Assembly (NCBI RefSeq): GCF_964204865.1
Contig: NC_135256.1
Coordinates: forward strand, 11,160,001 to 11,224,000
Length of the DNA: 64,000 bases
Origin: Styela clava
Taxonomy: Eukaryota
Direction: 5' to 3'
In this document: piece by piece, positions 52,101-64,000 of the stretch
Position numbering within the stretch: position 1 is the first letter of the stretch
How the letters are laid out: every line of letters begins with the position of its first letter
Notes under the pieces: generated by a model
Seen by the model: the letters and a program-made list of their open reading frames with translations, nothing else
Databases searched by the model: none
What the model was told of the DNA's origin: nothing
Position numbers and translations under genes: made by a program

Positions 52101-55100
52101 GCATTTACTTGTTTTATCTGCTTTCTTGTCGGTCTTTCCATGGTTACCCAGGTATGACGAGACAAAATTTTGTAAAATGTGAGAGTTTTAGTTTTGCTCT
52201 ATTTCATGTAATAAATCAGAATAAAGCGATTAACGAATCCTATACGTCATCTTGAATGACACCTTGACTCGCTGCAAAGCTCAACCATCAATCTGAAATT
52301 TTGCCTTTCCAACGACCTGACTTACAGTTCAGCAACTCAGTTCGCACGAAAGTTCGTTCTAATTTTGTTTTGAGACAGCACTTAGATTACGATGTTTGTG
52401 AACGGCATGATTTCATCAACCACTTTTTTCCATAGGGACAAGCTAGCAAATAATAATCACCCGAGACTGCGAACACATATCGGATAGTAATAGATGAACT
52501 AAGTATCTTCACAGTTGACTAATAGTTTATTCGTGTTACAGGGTGGTATGTACGTTTTCCAAATATTCGACTATTATTCAGCAAGTGGGATGACCCTACT
52601 TTGGATGTCTTTCTGGGAATGTATTACCGTTGCTTGGATATATGGTATGTGACGTAAAAGAATTTCGTTTTTTAAAAAAAGTTGAACAATTCGATTAATG
52701 TGCAGTTGAACGAACTGGTCGCCACCACACCCCTGATACCCTGCGTTGGTTCGCAGGTTCGAATTCAATGTGGGGATAATTATGTGCGTGAGTATTGCTG
52801 GAACCCTCGCCGCTAAGAGTATGGTTTACGTGACCGCTGGTCGGTTATGGCTTCCTCCACCATCAAGTCCATGCATTTGGAAGAAATTACTGGCTAACTA
52901 ATCCCATACCCGACATAGACTGGTAACCGGATGCGAGGCCGAGGTTCGCCTTATGACTAAGCCGTCCTATCGGCCTTTCTCACACCCTGGATAAATATGT
53001 AAATCCTAATAAATGATTGACATTCTGTTGTAGTTGGTTGCTTCTTCTGGGTGTGTCAGCACCCATGGGGATCGTGATCAATTTATTGGCAAAACATTGC
53101 AAGTTATTGCTAAATAATACAACAATATTTATTAAATTGAGGGGGTTATATCTCGATTAGACCCATTTCAAGTTGTATTTATAATGGCAAATGTAGTCTT
53201 TCATCAACTGTTCTTTTTTAATCTGTGTGTGCGTCAATGTGGTTGGCGGTTGGCAAAGTGACAACACAGCCACTTGTGGTTAGGCGAACTCTGCATATTA
53301 CCGCAAGGCTGATAAATTGATCCCAAAGCTGTCAATGTCAACGCATGTTCTATTTGTGATATTTCCAGGCGGTTTTCATTTTGAAACTGAATCCGAGTGT
53401 CAAGTATCTCCAACATATTTATATTCTATCTCGCTGATTGTTATTATTTATTTTTCTCAGGTGGTGATCGTTTTTATGACAATATACAACATATGATAGG
53501 ATATCGACCAAACCCTGTTATCAAATGGTGCTGGATGTTTGTTACTCCTCTTGTTGTTTTAGTAAGTTGAAACGTCTGCTTGAATTCTTTTACAAAATTC
53601 TAAGGATTAGATTGTAGTAGATTTGTGATTAAGATGGATTTAGATAATCAAACATTTTGACAAGGTGTATAAGAACCTGTGACTTGAAGTGCATGTACAT
53701 AATGGATTGTTGCAATATAACAATAAGACAACCGGCACCGACTCCAAACTTCGAGTCATTTAACAAATGACTCCAGCTCGCTTTCCGGACAACAATTTTT
53801 GTTCCGTGTTGCAAGGAATTTTGACTCTTATTCTTGCTCTCAAATCCGAACAAATAAACAATATTTTGAACACAAAAACCCTGGCGTATGCTAGCCTTCC
53901 TAAATTGTCTGTTGAGTGGGCGTACTGAACCTGATTTAATACTCAATTTATATTAGCCAAGCTCCCACTCTACAGCCTAGCACGTAATGCAAACTTACAA
54001 TGCAAAATACCTTCTTAAAAAATTGAAAATTATTAATATTTTTCAATTCAACAGGTTATTCTGATTTCAACTTGGGTCAGTCACGAAAACCTCGTCTACA
54101 ATAGAACATATCATTATCCATTCTGGGGTATAATGTTAGGATGGGGATTTGCGTTATCTTCAATGATCTGCATTCCTGCTGTTGCCATATTCAAGATTCT
54201 AACTACTCCTGGTACATTGAGAGAGGTAAGAAAATACATTTAACCCGGTGGTGGGCGATTACTTTTCTGAATGAGCCAGTTACAAATAATAGACTTGTTT
54301 ACTGGGCCGGAGGCTCAAAAAACTAAATAGGGAAAATTATGAATGAAAAACAGTTTATTTATAACTGCTAGTTTAACAGCTAGGGCTAGGTTAACGTTTA
54401 TGTGATAAGAAGCACAATGTAACAATCGGGGTCAATATGACGTATTTTTCATCGATATTTTCAACGGAAATTTATATCCATAAAAACTATAGTCGTAATG
54501 TCAGCAGAAACAAGTGGGCCGGTTGAAACAGTTTGATTAGTCGTATCCGACCCGGTCCTATTTAACCAGAGATTCACCACTGAGCAATATTACAAGTACT
54601 TGAAGTTAAGTGATCCAGATTGAAAATGTTTCCCATATATTAGATTAATTGTACTTCTATACTCTACACGCAGGGTTGCGCAACCTTTAATATACGAGGG
54701 CCAGATACAAATACCTGGATGAAACCGCTGGCCTTACCTTTACTGAACATAGGCTTTCCAGTAGTTGCAGACACCAAAATTTTGGTTATTGATCTTGTGA
54801 CATGCGTTGTTGTTCGCTCTGCACAAGCTCAGATATAGGCATTGCAACGCAATAAAATTAAAATTACTAGCACATACTAGATTAAATTAAAAACTCATTT
54901 TGCACCATTCAAAAGTGGCGCTTCTCCACTGGCCGCAAAAGTTTTTCTTGTGGGCCGCATTTGGCCCGCGGGCCGCAGGTCACACACCACTACTCTATAG
55001 AATTAATATTATTCTTTCAATATTATCACAAGTTTGAATAAATGTTTTTCAGCGATTAACTATTCTTACGACACCATTGCTTCAACCACACCATTGTGAC

Positions 55101-55286
55101 AAGACAAAAGAAACTCAGCTCGAACCATTTCTAGCTACTGCTTGTCCAGAAGAAAAAGAAGAATGCCCTCTTACAATATGTTGTCATAGTGAAGGTATAA
55201 CCCCCACTAGTGATGATTCAAATATAAATAAATGTGAAACCCCACCGCCAGTGTATAGTGACACCCAATTTCACGTCACTGACTGA
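37165..55286 (+). CDS. Na+/Cl- dependent SLC6 transporter, creatine-transporter (SLC6A8)-like. Exons 37165-37266, 38345-38537, 39000-39131, 39950-40114, 42349-42484, 45611-45743, 48064-48198, 48651-48754, 51470-51707, 52020-52151, 52542-52644, 53461-53561, 54055-54225, 55053-55286
   Basis: [112 protein letters not shown]. The TM3 Cys (FxCN) and AIGLGAL resemble creatine transporters; exact orthology is not established. Confidence 0.93.
37300..37504. mobile_element. MITE family A (TIR GG(C/T)(G/A)CTCC(A/C)G(A/T)AGTGTGTGTACCA), 8-bp TSD
   Basis: Perfect TSD TTTAATAG on both sides; imperfect ~24-bp TIRs. Confidence 0.9.
39585..39820. mobile_element. MITE family B (~80-bp TIRs), related to family A
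   Basis: GGTACTCCCGAAGTATGTGAACCAGGATGGCGGACACCGGAACGTAGTATG.. and its reverse complement at the other end; CAAATAGG at 39571 and 39821. Confidence 0.9.
40989..41100. mobile_element. MITE family C, 112-bp near-palindrome with 8-bp TSD
   Basis: ~42-bp TIRs; perfect TSD GAAATTAG. Confidence 0.92.
46330..47893. mobile_element. ~1.56-kb non-autonomous TIR element with ATCCCG subterminal repeats
   Basis: TAAGGTTGGGA / TCCCAACCCTA termini; clusters of ATCCCG/CGGGAT at both ends; no clear TSD. Confidence 0.7.
47117..47321. mobile_element. MITE family D, nested in a larger TIR element
   Basis: Same TIRs with subterminal TACATTTGAACCCA repeats; flanking duplication (G)CTATGAT(C), 7-9 bp. Confidence 0.88.
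49019..51211. mobile_element. 2.2-kb non-autonomous hAT (Ac-like TAGGGATG termini), nested within an older CAGGG-type MITE (~48863-51430)
   Basis: TIR TAGGGATGCGAC / GTCGCATCCCTA; perfect 8-bp TSD ATTCCTTT; subterminal GACTCG/GATTCG repeats; no transposase ORF. Confidence 0.92.
52700..53010 (+). mobile_element. tRNA-derived SINE, diverged copy in an SLC6 intron
   Basis: GGTTCGCAGGTTCGAATTC..ACCGCTGGTCGGTTATGGCTTCCTCCACC..GGATAAATATGTAAATCCTA. Confidence 0.88.
54670..54991. mobile_element. CAGGG-type hAT MITE
   Basis: CAGGGTTGCGCAACC ... GGCCCGCGGGCCGCAGGTCACACACCACTA; flanks CTCTACAC / CTCTATAG. Confidence 0.7.
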
Positions 55287-55536
55287 TTTCAAGAGGAATC
55301 AGCATTCACATTTGGTGGGCTATTGTATCTTGGAAAATCCCCGCTGAATTTTGAATATCCTACCTGTAATAAACTTCGTATAGATTTAGAAACACCTAAA
55401 AGTTATTTAAAAGTTGAGGTAACAATAAAGTTGAATTTAAAAATTTGCGCAATACAATATAAGAACAACAGAATAATAGTAAGTCAAGTTTCTTCTCTGT
55501 TTGAAAAATCCATTGAATGAAGACAAAATATATTTG

Positions 55537-55627
55537 GGTGCTCCCGAAGTATTCGTACCAAGATGGCGCACAACCTGAACATAGTAATTGTACGAGGTTA
55601 GGGTTGTTCAGGTTGTGCGTCATCTTG
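55537..55627. mobile_element. MITE family C truncated copy, downstream of the SLC6 stop (probable 3' UTR)
   Basis: GGTGCTCCCGAAGTATTCGTACCAAGATGGCGCACAACCTGAAC..GTTCAGGTTGTGCGTCATCTTG. Confidence 0.85.
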
Positions 55628-57699
55628 AATAAATATTTGCATACCAGATGAGAGGGCCTTCTAATAAAGCTATCTTATCGGCTTTCCCCCCTTCTAAGAT
55701 ATATATATTAGAAATTAGATATATACAGCAGAAATTACTGCTGATAAATAATTGCTTGTCAGCTGCAAAACATAAATGAATTCCACGTTACTTGCATCTA
55801 AGTATGATTTCGTTTCACGTGATAGAAAGTTATCAAGCTTTTACTTCTGAGGTGAAACAAGTCAATGAATTGGACTTGGTGAATTCAAACTATGCTCAAA
55901 GTGATAAAAAAGCATTTTATAAGTCATTCAGTTAAGATTTTTGTCATGTAGAAGTTCAAATAAAAGTGTTGTGTAATAAATGTTATTCTGGCACCCCGTT
56001 CTGGATAGATTTTATCAATAATTACTTGTTGTTTTAACTCAAAGTTTTTTTTTATAATTTATCATTCATCCAGTATTCTATATATATTGAAATGTTTTAA
56101 AACTTCAATCGAGCAAATATTTTGAGTCTATTTTAGTCATTTTTGAATTGTATGACCTATCGCCAACCGATTATACAATATCATAGGCTATTTATAATAT
56201 CGTTCTAGCTATTTATTGTCTGTATTTAATCTATTCATTACATATGCTTGTTCATATTATATGATTATAATAAGTGAGATAGGAAAATATAAGTCACAGT
56301 TACCAATCCAATATTTAAAAGCAATTTTGGTCGTATATTGATATGCGTTGTCATGGACTACGTCTAGAAACGATGTGATATGCTTTTATATTTATCATCA
56401 CTTATCGTAATTTTCCAAGTCGTGTACCATTGCTCGTTGATAGATAATGAAAAAAAACTGAAAGCTAAAATTTCAAACATGTAAACGTTTTCTGCGCTTT
56501 TATATATATATAGCTATATCAATTTGTATGAAGATTATTTACCGGAAGACTTGGGAGTACATCCATTATACATCTCTCGTTCCATGAATGCTATCCTTCA
56601 TTTTGTACTCCAGTGTTTTATATAAGATTTATAAACAATCTAATAACTATTCTTCAAATGGGATCCTATCAGTCTGTTATATATATAAATTTTTTATGTG
56701 TTTGTAAATGAACAAAGTTTTAATATATCTATGATATTTAGTTATCTTATTAAGAAAAATTGTGGCATAGTGTCATGATTGAAATTATGAAAAAATAAAT
56801 AAATGATTGAATGGTAAATCTGCAATTCCAAGGTGCATATCGAGGTCAAGTAATGATCAAAAGGAAAGTATATTTCAATAGGCATTACCTAACGATATGC
56901 TGGTTTATTGGCAATAAAACTAGCTGTTCTATATCACGATTAAGAACATTGAAGGGAGAATATTCATCACTTGAGTTTGGGGTTCAGGTGACTTTATTAC
57001 AGACTAATCAGTTGGGACACGAGGCAGGCATATAGATCGGTTTGTTCTGATTTTTTGTTGTTGTTGTTGAGGTAATTTCTTGTTGTTGTGGGGAACAAAT
57101 CGGTTTCTCCTCAACTAATAATAACGATCGATTTCGGAATTTTTAGTAATCAAAAGTGGAAGAAACCTCGCTAGAATTTTAATACTTTCATCTGAGTCCT
57201 ATCGCACCTGATATCTCATCAAAAATTTTGCTGTTTTATTGAGATTCAAAATAGTAACAATTATGATGCCGTATTTCTCGACGCCTCCGTGTTAGTTGTC
57301 CGCTGATCTTTTGAGAAAGCTCGTTGCTCTCGGGTTTAACCGATACCAAATCACACTTTCGTTCCATACAATTGAGCCCTCCCTTGACTTAAGCGAATGA
57401 TGAAATACGTTAGAATCCATTGGCACTACAGATATGTCAGAAGATATCGCTGAAATATGGCGCTGTTATCGCGACAGATTGACGGAAAAACAATGAGGAA
57501 AATAGCCACGATTGATCTAGTGAACCACAACCAAATGAAACTAAGGAGATTGGTACAGATAGCTCGGTTGTGTCAGTAACAAACATAATATTTTCATCCC
57601 ACGGCCTGTTTTTAGATGGCAGGAGCAAGGGGGCAACAATTAGATGACTTTGAATTCGTATGTTAACAGGTTATTTTCATGGTAATGTAACAATTAATC

Positions 57700-58122
57700 C
57701 AGAGGTATGAACATTTTTTGTCGATGGGCCATATAACCAACTTCAGACATATACCATGCATAGAGTCACACAAAAAATGAATATTTTCATACACGCAATA
57801 TATATATTAAAAAATTCTCTCAATGCAAAATTTTATTTATTTAACATTTTAGTGGGACTGTTGAAATTTCGAGTTCTTGTATAGTTTGTTAACATTAGCT
57901 TTGACAGCCTTACAGTAATGAAGGTACAGGGCAAAGCGGCAAAAGATTTACCGCAGCGAGAAGATCAAAGTGTATTTTACCCACGTAAGCGCCTTTTTGA
58001 ACATAAACTGTCGAATTAGGATTTTATGCTTGATGTGGAAAAATCTGAGTGTTAAAACGAATCGCACTAAATGTCATAGCGGGCTCGGTTGTGGCCCACG
58101 GATCGGCTGTTGCACACCCCTG
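57700..58122. mobile_element. Degenerate CAGGG-type hAT MITE
   Basis: CAGAGGTATGAAC..GGGCC ... GGCCCACGGATCGGCTGTTGCACACCCCTG. Confidence 0.6.
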
Positions 58123-59771
58123 GGTTAATCCAACATTTATCACTGTGTTCAAACAATAACAAACACAATTTCTGTCTGTTTCTGTTCTGTAGGTCTGAGG
58201 TATTTCAGGAGAAATATGACAAATATTATCTCTAAACCAGACGAGCAAATTCTCTAAAAAATGATCACAACGACCATAGAACCCATCGTTTATTTCGTGA
58301 CTAGATATGAATGTATATTGGCGAGAATATGAAGTGTGATCGTGTTTCCTGAACAAGTAAACCATGCTAACATTACAGAATGCTTATACGAGTTCCTTTG
58401 TATGGTCGCCGGTTTAATTTGTCAGGTTCCATTCACATTCCCGCCAAAACATTCGGGTTGTGACGAGATGGCTAGTGTATGTCGGAAATAAATGATTCCG
58501 ATTTCAGAACATAGCAGCTTCCCATATAATGGCAGTGTCTGTTGGTGTAGAACCTTAGAAGAAACATGGGTTACCTAGTGGACGAAGTGGATCTAAATCC
58601 TATTTATATCATTATCTATCCTGGACGCAAATACTCAAAATTTCGATTGGTATATTTATTTTACACAACAATAGTACGAAAAAATTAAAATCATTTCAAC
58701 GTTCAATAAGAAAAATATACATCCGTGAACGATATTCATATAACACTAACCGAATATTCTTAATTTTTACACCTTTGTGAAATTCGGTTTCGTAGTTACA
58801 TTTATAATTAACACCAGAATACGTGTTTGGATCTGTAATTATCAAATAAAATTGGGGTAACATATTGACATGTGTTATCCTGACTTGAAAAACAGCATCA
58901 ACAATGGATATATCCAATGTGAGACAAGAATGTACAATCAAATCCGGTATATCAAGTTATACCGCACAAAATACAGTGGTGATGTCATGCCAGCTATGTC
59001 ATAAATAACCTGATAATTTGAAATTAATTGGATGAAATTTCGAAATATTGGTAAACCAATGAATATAATTGGATTGTACTTCGATCACCTGCAAGTGAAT
59101 GGAAAGCCCTCAATTTCAACCTTATGAATATGAACTCGAATGTGTAGGTAGGTATATAGGGTAATTGGCAAGTAAGAAAAAAATAACACACTAGTAAAAA
59201 TAGTAATAATAATTTACACTTTAGGTTAAAAAATTTACAAAAATCGTGTGAATTATGGACGTAAAAAGTTAGTATGTTTACTATAAGAAACATTGCTCTG
59301 ATATGGAATGCGAAATATAAGCTTGTTTATACAGAGTACCCGGAATCATACCGCGATATGTCACTTATAAATGTGACAAATATTTTGTAAATTGTATTTC
59401 AAATAATAGGTAAGTTTTGAGGCATCTATGACTTGAAAGAATAAAATGCATCGGCAAAGAATGGAACGTACTCAAATAAAAATTTGAATAATACGGCATC
59501 CAAATTTCCATGTGTGCACCAAGCTTTAAGGCAATGTGAAGCAATTTTGAGGTATCAATGAATCGTGCAAATTTGAAGGTAGTTTTCAAAGAAACCGGAA
59601 CGTTGTCGTGATACACAATGTTCAAAGGGTCGCTGAACCTAATGTCTATTTTTGGCCCCCGCTCTGTCTGCAGATTAAGAACTTCTTGTACTGATGCGGC
59701 TGGGCCACGCAAACTCCTGCGTAAATCATGCGTAAGTTAACGTCACTATGCGTCACTTTTTATGAGAAGCC

Positions 59772-62648
59772 TTAACCAGTTTCGACGGGCTTTGAATTGC
59801 GCCATTGTCGCTTATAAATAAGACATTTGCCATTTTCCGTCGACTGTGACACTGCGATGTAACGACCACCATCTATGGTGAATCCAAAACTGTCTGAAAC
59901 TTCTTTCAGTTGTTTTCCTGAAATTACATCAACGATTTTCATTCTGTTTCTGGTCAAATGTCCAATCATGATACGACCCTGTCCATCTGGTTTATTGAGA
60001 GTGGCGACTGTATAAAGAGAATTACCCTCTGTATACATAGAACACTGGTGGACTCTTTCTCCGGGCAACTTTTTCCTCATAATACGTCGGAAGACGTCGC
60101 CACCACCTATAGAAAAAAGAAAATACATTACACTAAAGTCTCAATCAATCCAAAACACAGAATCAATCCAGTGGCGTCAAAGAAAACAGTCATGTATTTC
60201 AGATGCATGGAGTTAATGGCGGGGGAAGATTAAATAGACCAGCGGTTACGTAAAGCACAATATGACGGTATGTGTCCGGCAATCCTCTTGTCCTCTAAGA
60301 AATATTTTCAGCCGCCATACTCGGTTGGCACCGAGCTCTCATCCATTTACTGTCTGTTTGTTCTACAAACGAAGAAATTTTTTTGTCAAAAAATGTTCCC
60401 ATTAATCTCATTTAGATGGATGTTTTTATATAGTCATACTTGTATGCACATTGTAATAAGTATATTAAAATCAATAGTGAGTATTTCGCGGCTTTTTGGT
60501 AGTCACTCACCTGTAACTCTAGGCGCGCGTCAACTTGCTTTGAGCAAAATCGAATTTGGATACGTATAATATATATATATATCGTTTTGGTAAATTTCGA
60601 GTGAATTGTCTGTCCTATTTTGCAGATGGTTTCACTTTCGTGACAATGTCTCCACTAATCTTAACATCACTCAAACCTTCTATTTTTAATCTACATACCA
60701 GGTGTTGGCTTATCTTGAAGTTTATGAACAACAATCACAGGAGTTTCTCTTCTATTTCTACCGTAGCATCTATAAAATTCTCCTTGCAATTCGGCGAAGC
60801 CAATCGTATCGCCGTGTCTTGTTTGGTCAAACAATTGCGTTGTGTGTGAACGTCTGAATCTGTTATCTTCGCCGAGTCTAAGTAGGAGAGCACGAAAAAC
60901 AGAAAATATTTATCAAACATACGAATTGGAAAGTTACAAGATATTATATATACAAGTACTATATTTTAGTATTTTTCCACGGTCAAATGCTCCATCGCAG
61001 GAAAACTGTAACAATTTTAGGCAAGATTTTTCTCGTATATATATAAAGGGTGACCATAAAGTCTTCATTGTTTCAAATTGCAAAGTGAAGTAATCGATAC
61101 CATAGATTGTTCTGGCCCTCACAGATGTATTGAATGAAGTAAAAATACTTAAATAATTACTGATTAAAAAACAAACAAACCTAGTTAAGATATATTGATT
61201 ACTGACTTTATACCAAAATTGAAACTGTAAAGGGAATTCATGGACACGCTGTATATATAAATACATCCGTTCGTAGGGACAATTTATTACCATTCCAATT
61301 TAGACTTGTATTTATGGAATATTGCGATAAACATTTGTTGTCGAATGTAAAATATTTCGTTAACGAGACAGCACTTCCATCGCCAGGAAAAATCACTCCT
61401 CATATTCTATGTATTGTTGCGATTGAATCTCAATGACCTGGGCACACTCAAAAATTTTATATGTAACATCTTCCATTTACCTGAACATGGTAACCGGTCC
61501 AGCACCTCCGACCATCAACCAAACTCTACCGTCTGGGGCAGTAAGAATTTCGACGATTTCAGGTGATGAATAGTGGAAAGTCTGAAAAGGAGTGTCGACG
61601 AAGCCTTCGTCTCCCCATCGAAATATTTTGACTTCGTTTCCACTCTGTAAAGAAAAGATGCAGATGAAGGTGGAAGCAATCGTAAGACAAAAGCACGACC
61701 CAAGTAGTCAGACCTGAACCAGTGGGGAAGAGGTAAATTTACGAAAACGAGAATATCGGTCAGAGACCGAAGACTTATCGATCGAAAGTTAGGCGATTCC
61801 CCAAAACAGCGCTCTTACTCCATAGTTACACCTTGTGTTCGATCACTAATTAATTAATAAGTCGCTAATAATACGACATAATTCATCCAAAATCAATAAG
61901 CTTCTGGTACGACATATGATGAATGCACATGCAAAATCTGGAGCAGATTCAATCTCGCTTTCGTGAGATATCGCGTGCATCTAACAGACAGACAGACAAA
62001 CAAATACCTATCAACATACTTAGCGATTAAAATCGATACGTAATAATAGCAGCAGACTACCGGTACCACAGTCTTCAGAAAGCTACCAATGCGAACGCGG
62101 AACCGCCACAAGATGCGCAATTTTTAATTTTAATGACGTCATCACACACACACACACACCACACAAAAAAAGAATCACAAAGGGCTCACAGAACCTTGTG
62201 AAATAAATAAGACTGATAGCCTTCTTACAACAAATACAATCTTTAACCACTGAATTCGTTCAGTAATTGGAGAGAAAAGCGATTTTTTTCATAACAACAA
62301 AAATACCAAAACGATCTATAGGCCCATTTTGTGTCCAATAATAAAATTTGTTAAGGATGTCAAGATGACTATAGATTAGCCTATATAAGTATATTGATGA
62401 CCGAGCTATGTATGGAATAAACAAATGTCTTTCAAAAACATTGACAATAGTCTGAGCTGTCAATGACAACTCGATTGTAATATAAGGGGGTCGAATTACT
62501 CAGACGTTTCTTCATACCTTGTCGCCAGCAACTAGATAAACGACTCCATTTTTACGGAAGGATGCGAGGCCGTAGACTTCTCCGCAAGGTAGTGTTTGAT
62601 GTTCCCGGAATTTAAACCGAATCTTCTTTGTCTGGCGAGTTGACGCCG
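59772..62648 (-). CDS. EAR/EPTP-repeat-like beta-propeller protein, 3' part. Exons 62648-62518, 61644-61481, 60877-60699, 60106-59772; 5' exon(s) not in window
   Basis: Four phase-compatible GT-AG exons give ~270 aa with ~45-55-aa repeats: FREHQTLP..FRKNGVVYLVAG..VKIFRW..FVDTPFQTF; ..FTIDGGRYIAVSQ..CLIYK. These match the EAR pattern F..Q.l....F...g..YL.V.....IyrW. Confidence 0.65.
60165..60335 (-). mobile_element. Highly degenerate SINE fragment
   Basis: GAGGATTGCCGGAC..CGTAACCGCTGGTC..CCATGC on the - strand. Confidence 0.6.
61755..62258. repeat. Composite interspersed repeat (possibly Helitron/Helentron-associated), part shared with ~915-1040
   Basis: Terminal hairpin TCGGTC-AGA-GACCGA and (GACA)n tract. 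TTTAATTTT(G/A)ATGA(T/C)GTCATC..AATACAATCTTTAACCACTGAA is also present at 925-1032. Confidence 0.55.
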
Positions 62649-63118
62649 CTGTAATGAGTCAAAGAATAATGATTGATTATTGTAGACTAGTATGCATCTT
62701 TAAGAGGAAATGTAAACAAGAATTTTCTTCGACCGAGGCGGTGATATAGAAAGCAGTTTATAGGACATTGGATCGTGAAAAATTCAATTCTTTCGTAGTT
62801 TGAAGTAATGTTCATCGTGGCACAGATTACAAAAAAAATCTGTTCGAGATGATGCCAAATGCAATGCTAAATTAAACTAATTAAACAAACTATAGACTAG
62901 CGCTTTCCAACTGGGGTTGACTTGAAAGTACATTCCAGGGGTTCCGCGAGTTTCCGAGTCTATTTTCATTGTATATATATATATATATCGTTCAGATTAA
63001 ATAAAATGCCTATTAGTTTTGCCACTTTTATCAAACTTGCTACACTTTTCATTATAGATCTTTTATTTTTGTCAATATTAGGTTTGCTTCTGCATATACG
63101 GTATATATATATATATAT

Positions 63119-64000
63119 CAGTGGCGGCGCGTGGTCATTTTGACAACCGGGGCAAGCTACTGCGGGACCAAGTCACCCCCATCTACGGGGGCAGGATGAG
63201 CGCTGTAAGTTCTCTTATCATTTTATGAGTATAAAAATCATTCCATCGGTAACAACCAATCGGCAAAAGCGACAATTTTTAACGATAAGAAAGTGTCTTT
63301 AAAACCGGTCCAAGTCAAGGGATTAATAAATATAAACATAGTTTATTTTATCCAAAAATACCCATCATCGTGCCCACGGAGGGACAGCTCGTGACAACCA
63401 ATGAACTTCAAAACATCTATCAATCGACCGAGAACATGGCGGTTTTTCTCGACGTTTTGGTTGTGCCGACGAATAGAAACCGCGCGTCCTTCATCCAACT
63501 GTGCTGCAATATTAACATTTCCGAATGTTCGGTATTTTACTGCATTGTCCAGATGCTCCATAGAAGATTGATGATCCCTGGCACGCTCGGAAAGATGTTT
63601 AAGATCTCCAAAACCAAATTTACACCAACGTGAGTCACGGGCGGTAGCAAAAAGTAGGCAATAAAAACAAAAAAGTGCATTTTTGTCCTCGCTGTAACAC
63701 AACCATTCGTGTTTTTTATACCAAGTTTCTGCGCAGAATGTACGCCGACGCTTTCCTCCGTCATGGGATTGTTCCAGTGAACAATTTTTTGGTTGATAAG
63801 GCCCAAGACGTTGTACCTCTAATTTTTGTTCCAGCGGCAGCTGCGAAAACGGAGTGCGAAGTAGTGCATCAACCTTTTTCATTATGAGGTCTAAGGCTAA
63901 GAAATGCGAAGCCGGAAAGAAGTGAGGAGCTCAAAAGGAATGTGGAAAATCGAAAGCAAATGGACTCAAGGTCTCTAACTGATTCAAATAGCGAAACAAG
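63119..64000 (-). mobile_element. hAT-family DNA transposon, deletion derivative (other end off-window)
   Basis: Terminal CAGTGGCGGCGCGTGG.. next to a (TA)n run; carries a truncated transposase ORF. Confidence 0.8.
63343..63882 (-). pseudogene. Truncated hAT transposase (ZnF_TTF + start of DUF4371; ZMYM1/PRKRIR-like)
   Basis: R.F...WY....WL.YS..K.ALFCFYC.LF, H..S..H, and L.LRGHD followed almost immediately by a stop. No DDE core or dimerisation domain. Confidence 0.85.

Noticed and set aside
62649-62697. In-frame ATG with a signal-peptide-like stretch (MHTSLQ*SIIIL*LITAAST) suggesting a pseudogenised first exon
   Set aside because: It contains two stops and doubles as a good polypyrimidine tract plus CAG acceptor. 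An ordinary intron end is the simpler explanation.

Overview
AT-rich, intron-rich animal genomic DNA with no prokaryotic features. An ascidian/invertebrate-chordate origin is my inference from gene compactness and repeat style, not something the sequence proves. Genes, left to right: (1) the 5' part of UBE2O (- strand, runs off the left edge); (2) a full-length, intact L1/Tx1-clade non-LTR retrotransposon (- strand) whose 53-nt poly(A) tail ends 4 nt before the UBE2O ATG; (3) NAXD/CARKD (- strand); (4) a divergently transcribed RDH/BDH1-type SDR with a degenerate cofactor-binding motif (+); (5) a 14-coding-exon SLC6A8-like creatine/taurine/GABA-group transporter (+); (6) an EAR/EPTP-repeat beta-propeller gene (- strand, 5' end off-window); (7) a deleted hAT transposase at the right edge. 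Introns and intergenic DNA are full of a tRNA-derived SINE with an (ATCCT)n tail and several MITE/hAT families, many with 8-bp TSDs. The most interesting observation is the LINE. It sits between a candidate host splice acceptor and the UBE2O start codon. Its 3' UTR plus poly(A) is free of AG for ~280 nt, so the first AG is formed at the poly(A)/target junction 3 nt before the ATG. This suggests a retrotransposon that could rebuild a (trans-)splice acceptor for the gene it interrupts.
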